A stretch of DNA of 63,011 nt, counting the filler, from Thraustochytrium aureum (lineage: Eukaryota): assembly GCA_012862495.1 (NCBI GenBank). It is 7 parts of 4 records of this genome, joined end to end, with 100 filler letters (N's around TTAATTAATTAA, not from the genome) between each part and the next. Parts side by side here need not be neighbours in the genome. Positions count along the whole stretch, not along the records: positions 19,288 to 32,517 come from BLSG01000407.1; positions 32,618 to 42,268 come from BLSG01000407.1; positions 42,369 to 51,609 come from BLSG01000407.1; 4 more parts are not named here. One strand, 5' to 3'. Of this stretch, positions 31,549 to 42,385 are shown piece by piece. The notes under the pieces are model-generated. The model saw only the letters and a list, made by a program, of their open reading frames with translations. It was not told the DNA's origin and made no database searches. Position 1 is the stretch's first letter; every line of letters starts with the position of its first letter. The translations under genes were made by a program, and so were the position numbers.

Positions 31549-32814
31549 CTAGAGTAGCCACGTGTGTCGCATGTTGGTTGCTCCATGTGCCTTACCACGT
31601 GTGTCGCACTTTGGCTGCTCCATGACCTTATTGCGAGAGTCTCTACCACTACGAAAGAGGAGAACTCTAGCAGCCTCAGGCGAAACCTCGGCCATTGTGC
31701 CCCAGCTCTGTGACGTTCCTGCTTGTGCACCTCGCTCGCTCGTAGACCCGCCGGTTGGCTACAAGTTCTTGCTTTGACAGGTCCGGGTTTGGCGACGGGC
31801 ACGACCATGGACATCAATCTGCACCACACATGCATGGCCGTGTGGGAGCATCGATTTGAGGCGTGGCGAGCTCGTTCTTGGGACTTTCACTTCGTCCCAG
31901 GCCTGGGTCTCCCGAGCGGTCCATCGCCTGGTGGAAGCGCCGAGGGCTTGTAAGGGTGGCCGTCCTCAACAAGTATTTACTCTACGCGGTCTGGTGAGCA
32001 CGCCCCCGGTGGGCCGATTCCACGCAGTCGGGTCGCGGTGAGCTCGTCGAGCTGCTCCCTCGCTTCAAGCTGTCCTGTCGTTGCACAGGAACTCAACTAC
32101 CGTGCACTGTTCTTGTTCAATCAATGGGCCTGGACCAACAAAACTATCCGTTGAACACTTGCGCACATTTGCGCGCTCGGCAGGTGACCGTCAACGCTCG
32201 CTGACTTGGCGCGCGGGTCTGGGCGGCTGGCGGCCCCATCAACGCTCGCTGGCACCTCCCGCGGGCCTGAACGGCTGGCTTGCACAAGTCGCATTTGTAC
32301 AGGCGGCGAAGACGAATATGGCTCAACTTCGCGAGGTCCAAGAGCGCCTCTGAGGACGGCGCAGCCGCGCACGCGTGGAAGGGGATCCTGGACGGCGCGG
32401 TGGAGCCAGCGGTCCGGGCGTTTGTGAACAAGCACGAAGGCCACGCGCTGGCAAGGGAGGTTGTCCTGGAATTGATTGGGGAGGAGCTGGCTGAACGAGT
32501 CGGCGGCGGGAAGGGCCNNNNNNNNNNNNNNNNNNNNNNNNNNNNNNNNNNNNNNNNNNNNTTAATTAATTAANNNNNNNNNNNNNNNNNNNNNNNNNNN
32601 NNNNNNNNNNNNNNNNNGGGAAGCGCGACTTGCGTCAATGGTAGGACAACCAACATCCTGGCGTGTCCGCGCCAGCAAGGGCAGTGCCTGCAACGCGCGC
32701 GGGCCGCCAGGTCGCTCGTCGAGGAACACGCTGCTGGAGGCCGCAGTCCAGGTCTGAGCGCTCGCGCTACCTGGCCATCGCAGTTCGTTCCTCCCTCGGA
32801 GACGTGGCGAGGAG

Positions 32815-33909
32815 ATGGCGCCGAACGCGTCCAAGTTGGCGTGGTTTTCCGGCGAGTCGGGCTTCGACGCGCTGCTGACGCTCGGCATACTGATGAGCGC
32901 CGTCTCGCTCCGATGTAAGTGCGCCCTTGGCTGCCAGAGGCACTCCGAAGGCTGGCTCGCTGACGCGGTGTGCGCGAGCAGACAGCAAGTACCAGAGTCG
33001 GGCCCCGTACGGCAGGTTTGGCAGCGAGTCCAAGCACTTGAGCCTCGACCCGCGGCTCGGGTGGTGGCTCATGGAGCTCCCGGCAACGTTGTGCTTCTTG
33101 TAAGTCTTGCTTCTCCGCGTGCCCCGTTGCGCAGGCCGCAAGAGGCCGCTGACGACGACAGAACCGCGTCGCAGGCACGGTTTCCGGCAAGGCATGCGCA
33201 AACTCGCTTTGCGGCGCCAAGAGTCGCAGGACAACAAGGCAAGCGGGGAGACCTCCAAAGAGCGCAGGCCATCGCACCCGTTCATGCGCGCCATGTTCTT
33301 TCTGTGGTTCTTGCGCCACTATGCCAACCGCGGGTGGTACTTTCCCCTGACGATCCGCGTGGCTGAGGGTGGCAAGGCGTCCTTTGCTTTGTTCAACAGC
33401 GCGATTGGAGCGATCTTTGTCGGCGCGCACGGGTACATGCATGGCCGGCTTTTCTCCGACGTCGGGTCCTTCCAAACGAGCTGGCTGCGCGACCCGCGGT
33501 TCATCCTTGGGGCGGCGCTGTTTGAGTCTGGGTTTTGGACCATCGTGCACTCGGAGAGCGTGCTGCGCAACCTGAGGCCGGCGGGCCGCGCGGTGCCGGC
33601 AGCGGAGCGGTACAAGATCCCTTACGGAGGGATGTTCAAGTATGTCACAAATCCGCAGTACCTTGGCGAAATCATGGCCTGGTCTGGCTTGTTGACCATG
33701 ACCTGGTCGCCCACGGCGATCCCCGTGCTCTTCATTACGCTTGCGGTACGTTTGCTGACTAGGCCGCCGCCCTTGCGTTGACTTGCTTCTGACGTGTCGC
33801 GCCAACACAGAACCTCGTCCCGCGCGCGTTCGAAAACCACAAGTGGTACCTGGAAAAGTTCCCGGACTATCCCAAGGACCGCAAGGCCCTCATCCCGTGG
33901 CTTGCATGA
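32815..33909 (+). CDS. Steroid 5-alpha-reductase family protein (3-oxo-5-alpha-steroid 4-dehydrogenase; DET2/SRD5A-like), 4 exons
   Basis: Introns 32915-32981, 33100-33174 and 33746-33810 (GT..CTGAC..AG) give APYGRFG, GWWLMELPA, HYANRG, HSESVLRNLR, YKIPYGGMFKYVTNPQYLGEI, NLVPRAFENHKWYLEKFPDYPKDRKALIP. Confidence 0.92.
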
Positions 33910-34285
33910 TCGGCGCGCAGTCAGGTCGCTGCAGCATCCACAATCGATTCGTATCGCGAGCACAGTCGTCGCGCAGCGAGTTCCGACCACGGCCTCGCCA
34001 CGCTTTCTTCAAGTGAAGACTCGGCCTCGCAAGGTGTCGGCTGTGTCGTAGGGCCAAAAACAGATATACCAACCGCCCGCAGCGGCCCATTCGGCTTGCA
34101 AAACGGAAGCTCAAGCGGATTGCAACGAGCGTGGGAAAGGTTGGGTTCGTACGTACGGCGCTACTTGAGAGCTAAAGCGAGCCCCCGGCGCTCGGCGCGT
34201 TTTTTCTGGTCCTTCATTTCGAACTTGACGAGAAGGAAGCAAGCTGCGCAGGAGAGACGTCTGCTCTGCTCCTGCTCTGCTTCGC

Positions 34286-34816
34286 CTACTCGGCCTGCGC
34301 CTCTGCGCTCTCCATGGCCGCGAGCGTCTCCTTTTGCGAGGCCCACAGCTTGTCCCTTGCTTCGCCTTCGAGCGCCCCCTCAAGCCTGGCGCTGACCTCG
34401 GCGCCGCTCTTGGCAAACCAGAGCTTGGCGACATGCGTGTCGCCCTCCGGCACTGGGAGCGCGTTCGCGTCCGAGAGAAACACGGGCGGGCCCATGTTGG
34501 ACAAGCCTGCGCACAGCAGCTGCACAGTCCTTGGCGGCTTTCTCGACGTCGTCGAGGTACTTTTTGAACTGCGTCTTGAGCATGTGCTCCACCGTGTCGC
34601 TGCAAAACTTGCAGGGCAGCCACTGCCCGGACGGCATCGTCTGGTACTCGACGTAGTTGTCCATGGTGATGTCGTCCCAGGTCGCCAAGCACGTCGCGCC
34701 GTCGTCGGGCTTACCGTGCGCCGTGGCCGCCCCGGCGGCGCGCTTCCGTCCCCCATGGCCTTGCTCGCAGGCGACGAGGACCCGCGTCGAGATAGCCGCC
34801 GCAGCAGCCCAGACAT
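34286..34816 (-). CDS. Hypothetical protein, two apparent single-base frameshifts
   Basis: Joined frames read ...HGKPDDGATCLATWDDITMDNYVEYQTMPSGQWLPCKFC...QFKKYLDDVEK..DCAAAVRRLV/MGPPVFLSDANALP...ARLEGALEGEARDKLW; strongly coding-like; start uncertain. Confidence 0.6.
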   Translation of the reverse strand: MSGLLRRLSRRGSSSPASKAMGDGSAPPGRPRRTVSPTTARRAWRPGTTSPWTTTSSTRRCRPGSGCPASFAATRWSTCSRRSSKSTSTTSRKPPRTVQLLCAGLSNMGPPVFLSDANALPVPEGDTHVAKLWFAKSGAEVSARLEGALEGEARDKLWASQKETLAAMESAEAQAE

Positions 34817-35469
34817 GAACCGGAGCCGAGCGCGCAGCCGCCTGGAGAGGAGGGGCGGGGAGAGATTCCGGGAATCGCAAACGCACGCCGCCTGGAGCGG
34901 ATGACCCCGCCCCCCGGCTGCCCCGCCCTGCCTCGCGAAGCAAGCAAGCAAGAGAACGAACGCACGCACCACGCTAACCCGCGACAGACGCCGACAAGCC
35001 AAGCTCCAGCCCGCGCCGCAGCACCTCGCGCCACCGCCGCCGGCCTCGCGCGGAATGCTCCGAGCTCCTCGCGGGAAAGTGCCGCGACCCGTACACGAGA
35101 TGGCTCCACCCGCAGACCTCGAACGAGCGCAGAGCCGCGGGCGGCGCGGGAATAGAGGCGGCGCGCAGTCTCAGGAGCGGCCTTTTGCGCTCGCGGCGGG
35201 TTGGGCGCGCTGCTGCGGGGAGCGAGCGGATCGCGCCATTGTCCTGGCATCCGGCATCCCTGTGCCCGTCATCCGATCCAGCGTCCTCGCGCGCAGCCGG
35301 CGTCCTTCCTTGCGCTCGCCGTTGTCACGGCGTCGACTTGAGTGCGGCGCGAGGGCGGCTTCGGCCTCGTGAGTGCGACGCGAGGTCGGCTTTGGGCACT
35401 TGGAGGGCGGCGCGAGGTCGCTTCGGCCACTAGCAGTGCGCGGCGCGAGGCGGGCCGCGGTCGACCACC

Positions 35470-36820
35470 ATGACGACGCCGAGCAGCTTCGGGTCGCTGA
35501 TGTCGTCGCGGAGCAGCATGGTGAATCCGGTGCGTGTCAGCGTGTACCTGAACGGGGCTGGGCCTGGCGCGGCAGGTCGCCGAGTCGTGCTCGACAGGTC
35601 CGACACGCTCGGGGAGAATGTGCAGCGCATCGCGGCCAAGCTGGGCCTTGCGGAGAGGTGCGGGAGCAACCCGCGGGTGTACACCAAAACAGGGCATCGA
35701 GGTGGCCGACGTTGACGAGGTGATCGAAGGCGAAGTGCTCTACTTTGACCCGCGCGGGTCCCGTTCAGCATGAGCGAGAGCGGGCGCTCGATCGAGGAAG
35801 GGAGCGTCTCGTTTGCGTCCTCTGCTGCGTCGGTGGACGGGAGCACTGTCTCGGCGACGAGGTCGCGGCGCAGGCGAAAGAACAATAGGCTGAGCGGCGG
35901 CGGCCTGCAGGAAATGCCGACGAGCGCGGGCTCGTCGGAGGGTTTGCACCGGGCCAGCTTTGGGAGCAGGGGCTCGACGGCCACCTCTGCGACGACGACG
36001 ACGGCCCCGCCGCGGCTGCTGCGCGGCAACTCGTTCGAGTACGACTATTTGCTAAAGTTTATCTTGGTGGGCAGCGTGGCGGTTGGCAAGAGCTGCTTGC
36101 TGCTCCGGTTCACCGACCAGCGTTTCCGGCCGACGCACGAAACCACGATCGGGGTGGACTTTGGCTCGGAGACCATACGCGTGCGGTAAGTGCCGTTTGT
36201 TTGGGGGCCCGCCGGCCGGGGAGGGGCTTGCGGGGTGCCGAGGCTAACGACCGAGTGCGAGGGCGCGGCACAGCGACAAAAAGCTCAAGATCCAGTGCTG
36301 GGACACCGCTGGGCAAGAGTACTTTAAGGCCATCACCCGCGCCTACTTTCGCGAGGCTGCGGCTGCCTTGATCGTCTACGACGTGACGAACAGGAAGAGC
36401 TTTGAGGACCTCAAGCAGTGGCTGGACAACGTGCGCGGCACGAGCACCAACCGCTCGCTCACGATCACGCTGGTCGGCAACAAGTGCGACAAGGCCGGCG
36501 CAGCGCGCCAGGTCTCGTCGCGCGAAGGCGAGCTCTTCGCGCGCGACAACGGCCTCTTGTTCCTCGAAACGTCCGCGTTGAGTGGCGAAAACGTGAGCGA
36601 GGTGTTCCTTCGCACGGGCGACGCAGTGCTGCGGAAAATCGACCAGGGCCTGATCGACCTCGACGACCCCAGTCAGGGCGTGCGGAGGGGCGATTTTAGC
36701 GTGGACCTCGTTGGGAACGGCCTGGCGCCCGGGGCCAAGCCGGGGGCGCAGCGCTTTGACCTCGGTGCGAGCGGGTCTGCGCTGGGTGCCGAGGGCCGCG
36801 ATGACCAGTGCTATTGCTGA
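35470..36820 (+). CDS. Rab2/4/14-clade-like GTPase with long N-terminal extension containing a KHA/DCX-like domain; intron 36186-36273
   Basis: GSVAVGKS, TIGVDF, WDTAGQE, GNKCD, FLETSA, C-terminal CYC prenylation motif; intron GTAAGT..GCTAAC..CAG. Upstream RVSVYLNG...KLGL...VYTKTGIEVADVDEVIEGEVLYF joins after two compensating indels (about 35693 and 35757). GTPase call is high confidence; the fusion is moderate. Confidence 0.85.
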
Positions 36821-37122
36821 GCGGCAGTTTTTTACATGTTCCTTCTCGTTTCCTTTTCGCTGGGCTGCGGCGCATGGTGTATTTGTGTTTCCTTTCTTGT
36901 CGATACCGGTACCTCTAGAGCTAGAGCCATCAGAACTCAGTTTATTTGTCTCGCGAGCAGCTGCTGTACAAAAAAATGTTTCATTCCACTACGATCTGGC
37001 GCGCGAAGGCGGCGACGGCGAGCGGATAGGCGCCGCGGCTGAATTTCGACTTGGGGCCTTGTGAGCACAAGTACCGCTGTCCCCGCTGGTACTCGCGCGC
37101 TTTGCTCTGCGGGAGAGGAAAC

Positions 37123-37455
37123 CTACGTGCGCTGCCCCGGCTGTTGCTGCTTGGTCTCCTGCAGCTTGTGGAGGTAGCGGTAAAACCCAACGCAGCCGCC
37201 GAGCATCGCTGCGCCGAGCAGGCCCACGCCGTTGAGCAAGAGGCGCTTCTTCGCAAGCCCGATGATGACCACGCCGGCCGCCACAGCGAACGTGACGCGC
37301 ATCAGGTCGGGCTCCTCCTCGTCGCCCTTCCCGGAGCCTGCCACGTGCGCGGAGCCGGCCGCGCGGACCTCGGCCACGCTGCGCTTGAGCTGATCGTTCT
37401 CGCTCATCAGCCGGTCGTTCTGCAAGAGCAGCAGCTTTGCTTGTCCTGCGAGTCG
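37123..37455 (-). CDS. 3' fragment of a coiled-coil protein with C-terminal transmembrane segments
   Basis: LLLQNDRLMSENDQLKRSV heptads then VTFAVAAGVVIIGLA and GVGLLGAAMLGGCVGFY; the rest lies in the N gap. Confidence 0.5.
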   Translation of the reverse strand, partial: RLAGQAKLLLLQNDRLMSENDQLKRSVAEVRAAGSAHVAGSGKGDEEEPDLMRVTFAVAAGVVIIGLAKKRLLLNGVGLLGAAMLGGCVGFYRYLHKLQETKQQQPGQRT

Positions 37456-39200
37456 NNNNNNNNNNNNNNNNNNNNNNNNNNNNNNNNNNNNNNNNNNNNN
37501 NNNNNNNNNNNNNNNNNNNNNNNNNNNNNNNNNNNNNNNNNNNNNNNNNNNNNNNNNNNNNNNNNNNNNNNNNNNNNNNNNNNNNNNNNNNNNNNNNNNN
37601 NNNNNNNNNNNNNNNNNNNNNNNNNNNNNNNNNNNNNNNNNNNNNNNNNNNNNNNNNNNNNNNNNNNNNNNNNNNNNNNNNNNNNNNNNNNNNNNNNNNN
37701 NNNNNNNNNNNNNNNNNNNNNNNNNNNNNNNNNNNNNNNNNNNNNNNNNNNNNNNNNNNNNNNNNNNNNNNNNNNNNNNNNNNNNNNNNNNNNNNNNNNN
37801 NNNNNNNNNNNNNNNNNNNNNNNNNNNNNNNNNNNNNNNNNNNNNNNNNNNNNNNNNNNNNNNNNNNNNNNNNNNNNNNNNNNNNNNNNNNNNNNNNNNN
37901 NNNNNNNNNNNNNNNNNNNNNNNNNNNNNNNNNNNNNNNNNNNNNNNNNNNNNNNNNNNNNNNNNNNNNNNNNNNNNNNNNNNNNNNNNNNNNNNNNNNN
38001 NNNNNNNNNNNNNNNNNNNNNNNNNNNNNNNNNNNNNNNNNNNNNNNNNNNNNNNNNNNNNNNNNNNNNNNNNNNNNNNNNNNNNNNNNNNNNNNNNNNN
38101 NNNNNNNNNNNNNNNNNNNNNNNNNNNNNNNNNNNNNNNNNNNNNNNNGGTAGGTAGGTATATAGTTGGCTCGTTCGGAAGGGGGTCTGGGCGAGTTGGC
38201 GAGTTGGAGGGGCGGCGAGGCAGCGCGCCCGAGCCCAAACCGACGCAGGCAGCGCAACAGCGCCCTTTGCACGGAGTCTCTGCGGTCCCTTCGTGCGCGC
38301 CTGGGCCTTGACGCAGCAGCTGGCCGCCTGCCTGCCTGCCTGCCTGCCTGCCTGACTGTAGCACGCGCTGCGCCTCGTTCGGTGTCTGTTCGTCTGTCTC
38401 TGTCTCTGTCTGTCAGCGTCTTTCATTCCATTTTTTCATCATTTTTTCCATAATTTTCCATAATTTTTTCATGATTTTCCTTCATTCGCTAGTCAGGCTT
38501 CAAGTTGTCCCCTTTCGATTCTTACTTGCAGGCGAGGAGAGCACTACTGAGCTAAGTGGAGTGCTGCCGGTAGGCCAAATCTGCTTGTAGTTGTTTCTCT
38601 GTCCGCAGTGAGCGGCTTGGAGCACGCCTCCCCACTGGTCCTCTGAGCGTGGTAGGTGCTCTAAGGGGTACTCTACTTGGCTATACCTAGGCCTATACTC
38701 TGAGTTCGCTATTTTGTTTCGATTGTTCTTTCGCTCTCCCTGCCTCGGCTTCCTTGTTGTCCTCTCGGCGGCCGAGGCGAAACGGAAAAGAAAAGTCCTC
38801 GGAGGAGCTCGAAAGAGGCGCCGCGCGGGTCCTGAATGCAAGTGCCTCTCTGGGCGGGAACTGAGGGGCCGCTGGGGAGGGCAAATGGGGGCCTGAGGCG
38901 AGTATTCGCTCTTTATCGCTTTTTATAACAAATCTCTTGGTTGTGTTGGGCGATTTTAATTTAAACGAGTTCAGGTCGCTTGGGGAGAGTACAGTGACCT
39001 GGCGCGAGTGGCCGTTGACAATGGAGCCTGGCTGTGAGCCGTTTTGCGTGCCAGTGTCTTGCAGGACCTGCGCCTGCGATGCCCAGTGCTGGCATGCGCG
39101 GTGGGGCATGCCCAGGCTCGCGAAGCGTAACTTGCAGTACAACCCGTCGACGAACGATCATGCTCCCGGGACGACGACATCAGAGTTGCTGGTTGCGCGT

Positions 39201-39305
39201 CCATCCATCCATCCAGCCAGCCAGCCAGCCTGCCTGCCTGCCTGCCTGCCTGCCACCCAGCCAGCCTGCCTGCCTGCCTGCCTGCCTGCCACCCAGCCAC
39301 CCAGC
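39201..39305. repeat. Compound tetranucleotide microsatellite (CCAT/CCAG/CCTG)n
   Basis: Read directly from the sequence; a similar (GCCT)n lies at about 38326-38354. Confidence 0.9.
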
Positions 39306-39470
39306 TAGCCAATGGCGGGCAGACGTAGATAGATCCGGGGGTGCCTCGCCGCGTGGCATGCAAGAGCAGCGCAAGTCCGCAGGGAGACACAAGTCGCCGC
39401 CAGTATGATTGCAATAGTGTTGACCTGTTCTCCTTGCAAACTATAGTTTTCAGTGGGCACGAGCAACTTG

Positions 39471-40090
39471 CTATCCCGCGGCAGAGTAGCCCGAAAGCGG
39501 GCGCGGGCGCGGCATGCTGAGCTGCTCCAGGACCATCTCCCACATGGCGTCGCGGAGGTTGCCGAGCTTTTGGAGCGGCACGGCCGCGACCTCGTCGAAA
39601 AGAAAGGCAAAGTCCTTCGGAACGAGCTGGCGCTCGGCAGTGTAGTCGGCCGAGTTGGCGACCGATCGCGACGGGCGCTGGCGCGCCCCGGCGGCTGCAG
39701 CCGGGACCCAGGACTTGACGGCCTCCTCCGCGACGCCGGGGTTGGCCTCGTAGATAACAGCGATTGGCTTGTTGAGGCGGCGCGCCTCGCGGACCTCCGA
39801 CTGGACCCAGTGGCGCAGGAGCGCCCCGTGGGTGATGAGCAGCAGGAATGCCTTCGACTTGCGGATCCCCTCGCTCACAGACTCGGTGTTGACGACGTCC
39901 GTCTCGAGCGTCTTGTCCAGCCAGACGCGAAAGCCCGGTTTTTCAGGTCCAAGTAAAGCGACATGGCCTGGTCGGCGGCCATTCCAGAGTGGTAGGAGAG
40001 GAAAAAATCGTACTCCTCCTCTTCAGATTTGCCGTCGCCGTCGCCGCGCCTCTCGTCCTCGTCCTCGTCCACATCCCTCTCGCCTCTGCT
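39471..40090 (-). CDS. TIR (TIR_2/SARM1-like) domain, C-terminal part of a larger protein; frameshift at about 39935
   Basis: YDFFLSYHSGMAADQAMSLYLDLKNRGFRVWLDK...SVSEGIRKSKAFLLLITHGALLRHWVQSEVREARRLNKPIAVIYE, i.e. TIR box 1, G(F)xVWLD, and WVxxE. Confidence 0.85.
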
Positions 40091-40628
40091 NNNNNNNNNN
40101 NNNNNNNNNNNNNNNNNNNNNNNNNNNNNNNNNNNNNNNNNNNNNNNNNNNNNNNNNNNNNNNNNNNNNNNNNNNNNNNNNNNNNNNNNNNNNNNNNNNN
40201 NNNNNNNNNNNNNNNNNNNNNNNNNNNNNNNNNNNNNNNNNNNNNNNNNNNNNNNNNNNNNNNNNNNNNNNNNNNNNNNNNNNNNNNNNNNNNNNNNNNN
40301 NNNNNNNNNNNNNNNNNNNNNNNNNNNNNNNNNNNNNNNNNNNNNNNNNNNNNNNNNNNNNNNNNNNNNNNNNNNNNNNNNNNNNNNNNNNNNNNNNNNN
40401 NNNNNNNNNNNNNNNNNNNNNNNNNNNNNNNNNNNNNNNNNNNNNNNNNNNNNNNNNNNNNNNNNNNNNNNNNNNNNNNNNNNNNNNNNNNNNNNNNNNN
40501 NNNNNNNNNNNNNNNNNNNNNNNNNNNNNNNNNNNNNNNNNNNNNNNNNNNNNNNNNNNNNNNNNNNNNNNNNNNNNNNNNNNNNNNNNNNNNNNNNNNN
40601 NNNNNNNNNNNNNNNNNNNNNNNNNNNN

Positions 40629-42196
40629 CTTGACAAACTGGAAGAGCGAGGTGGCCACGTCGGCGCTTGGCGTGCGGAAATGCAGCACCTGCGGCTTGCC
40701 GTTCGTTGTCTGGGTGACCCGCACCGAGTATTTTTCGTCCGAGGCACGGTAGCGCGCAGTACGGCGCTGGTCGGGCGTCATCGAGCACTCCGAGGCCTGA
40801 AACTGCCCCTTGATGGCCAACTTGACCTTGTTGGCCGCCTTGGCCGCCTGCGCAGCCTTGTCGGTCTTGGCCGCCTGGTCTGCGGCGGCAGCTTCCGCAG
40901 AAGCGCTCGCATCCGCGCTCGCCTCGGCACTGGCGCTCGCCTTGCCCGAGCTCGACATGAGCCGCTGGCGAAGCGACAGGCGGCTGTTGGAGAGGCGGCT
41001 GTTGGACGTGCGCTGGCGCAGGGAAAAGGAGCCGCGCTGGACCTGGGCGAAATTCGTGACAGTGTTGGAGACGCGGGTGAGGATGGACCGCTGCTGCTGC
41101 TGCTGTTGCCCATCGGAAGGGCTGGCGACCTCCACAACAACAAGCATTTCGTCAAAAACGTACACCTCGCCCTTGGACCACTTCTCGGCGCCATGAAAGC
41201 GAAACTCGGTGGGCCCAGAGCACACGAGGAGCTCGCGCAGATCGGTGCCAGCAGAGCGATCAAGCGCGTCAAAGACAACGAGCTGGTGTGCCAGCTCGAG
41301 CTGGCGGGTGTGCATGATGAGGAGCTGGGACGCGTACTCGGCGGAGCAGGCCCTTAGCGCGCGCTCCGCCGCAGACGGCGACTCGGCGCGATCCGGCTTC
41401 GGCTGCGCCTTGCCGCCAAGACGGGCGCCCTCGCCCGGCTCGCCGACGGCGTCCGAGCTGCTCCACTGGCGGTGCGCCACGTCGACAAAGCCCGTGTCGA
41501 GGCCGAGGCCCGAGGGCAGCCGCGGGGTCTTTTGGCGAGACGGGTCCGCCGCCACGTAGGCGTTCAAGGCGGTTTGCAGGGCCCGCAGCTGGTTGCCAAA
41601 CACGCCGGGCCGGTTTCGAATGGCCTCCAGCATGGGCAGGAGCGAGAGGCCTTGGTTGCCGCCCGGCTTGTCGACGAGCGCGGCAAAGCGTGCGTTGCCA
41701 GACGCAAGCGCCTTGATTCGGTCCACGGACCGCTCGTAGCAGGCCAGGAAACGCGCATAGATCCGCAGAAACCCGAGCTGCGGCAGAACGGCCTGCGCGA
41801 GGCTCTTGACGACGGTGGAGACCGAAAACCGCTCCGGGCAGTCCATCCTCTCCACCAGCTTGAGGTGCATCTCCACATTGAGGAGCTCCGAGAAGCGCAG
41901 GATCTCGCTCACGTTGACAAAGCACTGGCGAACGACTTCCTCCGCAAGCCCGGCCTTGTCCATCGCGGGCACGATGACGTCGTCGTGCACGCTCCACACG
42001 AGGTCGCCAAACTCCATCTCAGAGTGCAGCATTTCCTCGGCGGCCACCACGCAAGCGCGGCCCAGGACGTCGGTGCACTTCTTGACGCGCTCGAGGTTGT
42101 GAAACACGTCGGCGCGCCGCACGAGCGTGGCCATCGAGTCCATGTAGGTGGACCGCCGCTTGATCACGCGCCCCCCACCGGGCCGCCTCGCGACAT
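40629..42196 (-). CDS. RhoGEF-like DH domain (degenerate) followed by PH-like domain; probably the same gene as the TIR segment
   Basis: EEMLHSEMEF...DVIVP, CFVNVSEILRFSELL, FLRIYARFLACYERS...NARFAALV, LSLLPML follow DH helices; EVYVFDEMLVVV...VLHFRTPSADVATSLFQFV follows a PH pattern. No stop before the gap. Confidence 0.7.
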
Positions 42197-42385
42197 CTTG
42201 TACCGCTGCTTCTTGTCAGCAAGCGCCCGGACCGCCGCCCTTGAAGACCTGTGCTGGGCAGCGCGCTGNNNNNNNNNNNNNNNNNNNNNNNNNNNNNNNN
42301 NNNNNNNNNNNNTTAATTAATTAANNNNNNNNNNNNNNNNNNNNNNNNNNNNNNNNNNNNNNNNNNNNCCATTGACGTCGAAGCC

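Noticed and set aside
32318..32517. Possible gene start at the end of scaffold B (MAQLREV.../AWKGILDGAVEPAVRAFV...)
   Set aside because: Too short and truncated, and needs a frameshift; no family can be supported.
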